Part shown: positions 48,987 to 49,021 of the stretch, piece after piece
Layout of the letters: every line of letters starts with the position of its first letter
Position numbering within the stretch: position 1 is the first letter of the stretch
NCBI GenBank assembly: GCA_034004805.1
Contig: JAVEVZ010000001.1
Span: forward strand, 1-49,021
From: Spongiibacteraceae bacterium
GTDB lineage: Bacteria > Pseudomonadota > Gammaproteobacteria > Pseudomonadales > CAMLJR01
Direction of reading: 5' to 3'
Length of the DNA: 49,021 bases
Notes under the pieces: generated by a model
What the model was told of the DNA's origin: nothing
Databases searched by the model: none
The model's input: only the letters and a program-made list of their open reading frames with translations
Made by a program: the position numbers and the translations under genes

Positions 48987-49010
48987 AAAACATTCCGAAT
49001 GTAATGTTTT
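48987..49010. promoter_or_regulatory. AT-rich palindromic operator candidate upstream of the KstD/TesI-like gene
   Basis: AAAACATT-CCGAATGT-AATGTTTT contains the nested dyad ACATTC-C-GAATGT (48990-49002). It starts 17 nt upstream of the start codon at 48970 and is strikingly AT-rich in a GC-rich genome. Confidence 0.4.
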
Positions 49011-49021
49011 TGCCCGTTGTT

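Overview
High-GC gammaproteobacterial chromosome segment. I saw no rRNA, tRNA, CRISPR array, transposase or integrase. The EpmAB-type EF-P modification genes argue against Pseudomonas itself, although the parC / ytjB-like / serB / fimX-like order resembles what I recall of the P. aeruginosa PA4958-PA4964 region. The left 30 kb is mostly housekeeping. It holds glnA with recognisable NtrC sites and a sigma-54 promoter, then a DUF4124 gene, ntrBC, a thioesterase, an SNF transporter and typA/bipA. Next come a GGEEF diguanylate cyclase with a textbook CRP-type site upstream, an orphan 635-aa coiled-coil membrane protein, dtd, an alcohol dehydrogenase, a SpoU methylase, slyD and a DUF748 protein. 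These are followed by parC, a ytjB-like gene, serB, a FimX-like protein with degenerate GGDEF and EAL motifs plus its 580-aa neighbour, and epmB-efp-epmA. From about 30.4 to 43.6 kb lies a stress island: a PNPOx/GSP26-like protein, NfeD-SPFH, DUF1328, a CHASE3 hybrid kinase, an ECF sigma factor, an OmpR-type regulator, BON/OsmY-like, an OM beta-barrel, CsbD, DUF3301, the cis/trans isomerase Cti and Dps. The most interesting signal is four near-identical ECF-type promoters (GGAAC-N16-CGTN). Each sits 35-52 nt upstream of a stress gene clustered around an ECF sigma gene that has no adjacent anti-sigma factor and is divergently paired with a response regulator. This looks like an ECF-driven general-stress module in a gammaproteobacterium. 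The right end (43.8-49.0 kb, minus strand) is a 9,10-seco steroid-degradation block: a KstD/TesI-like dehydrogenase, kshA, hsaC and hsaA. Most other long ORFs in the track are antisense or alternative-frame shadows typical of high-GC DNA.
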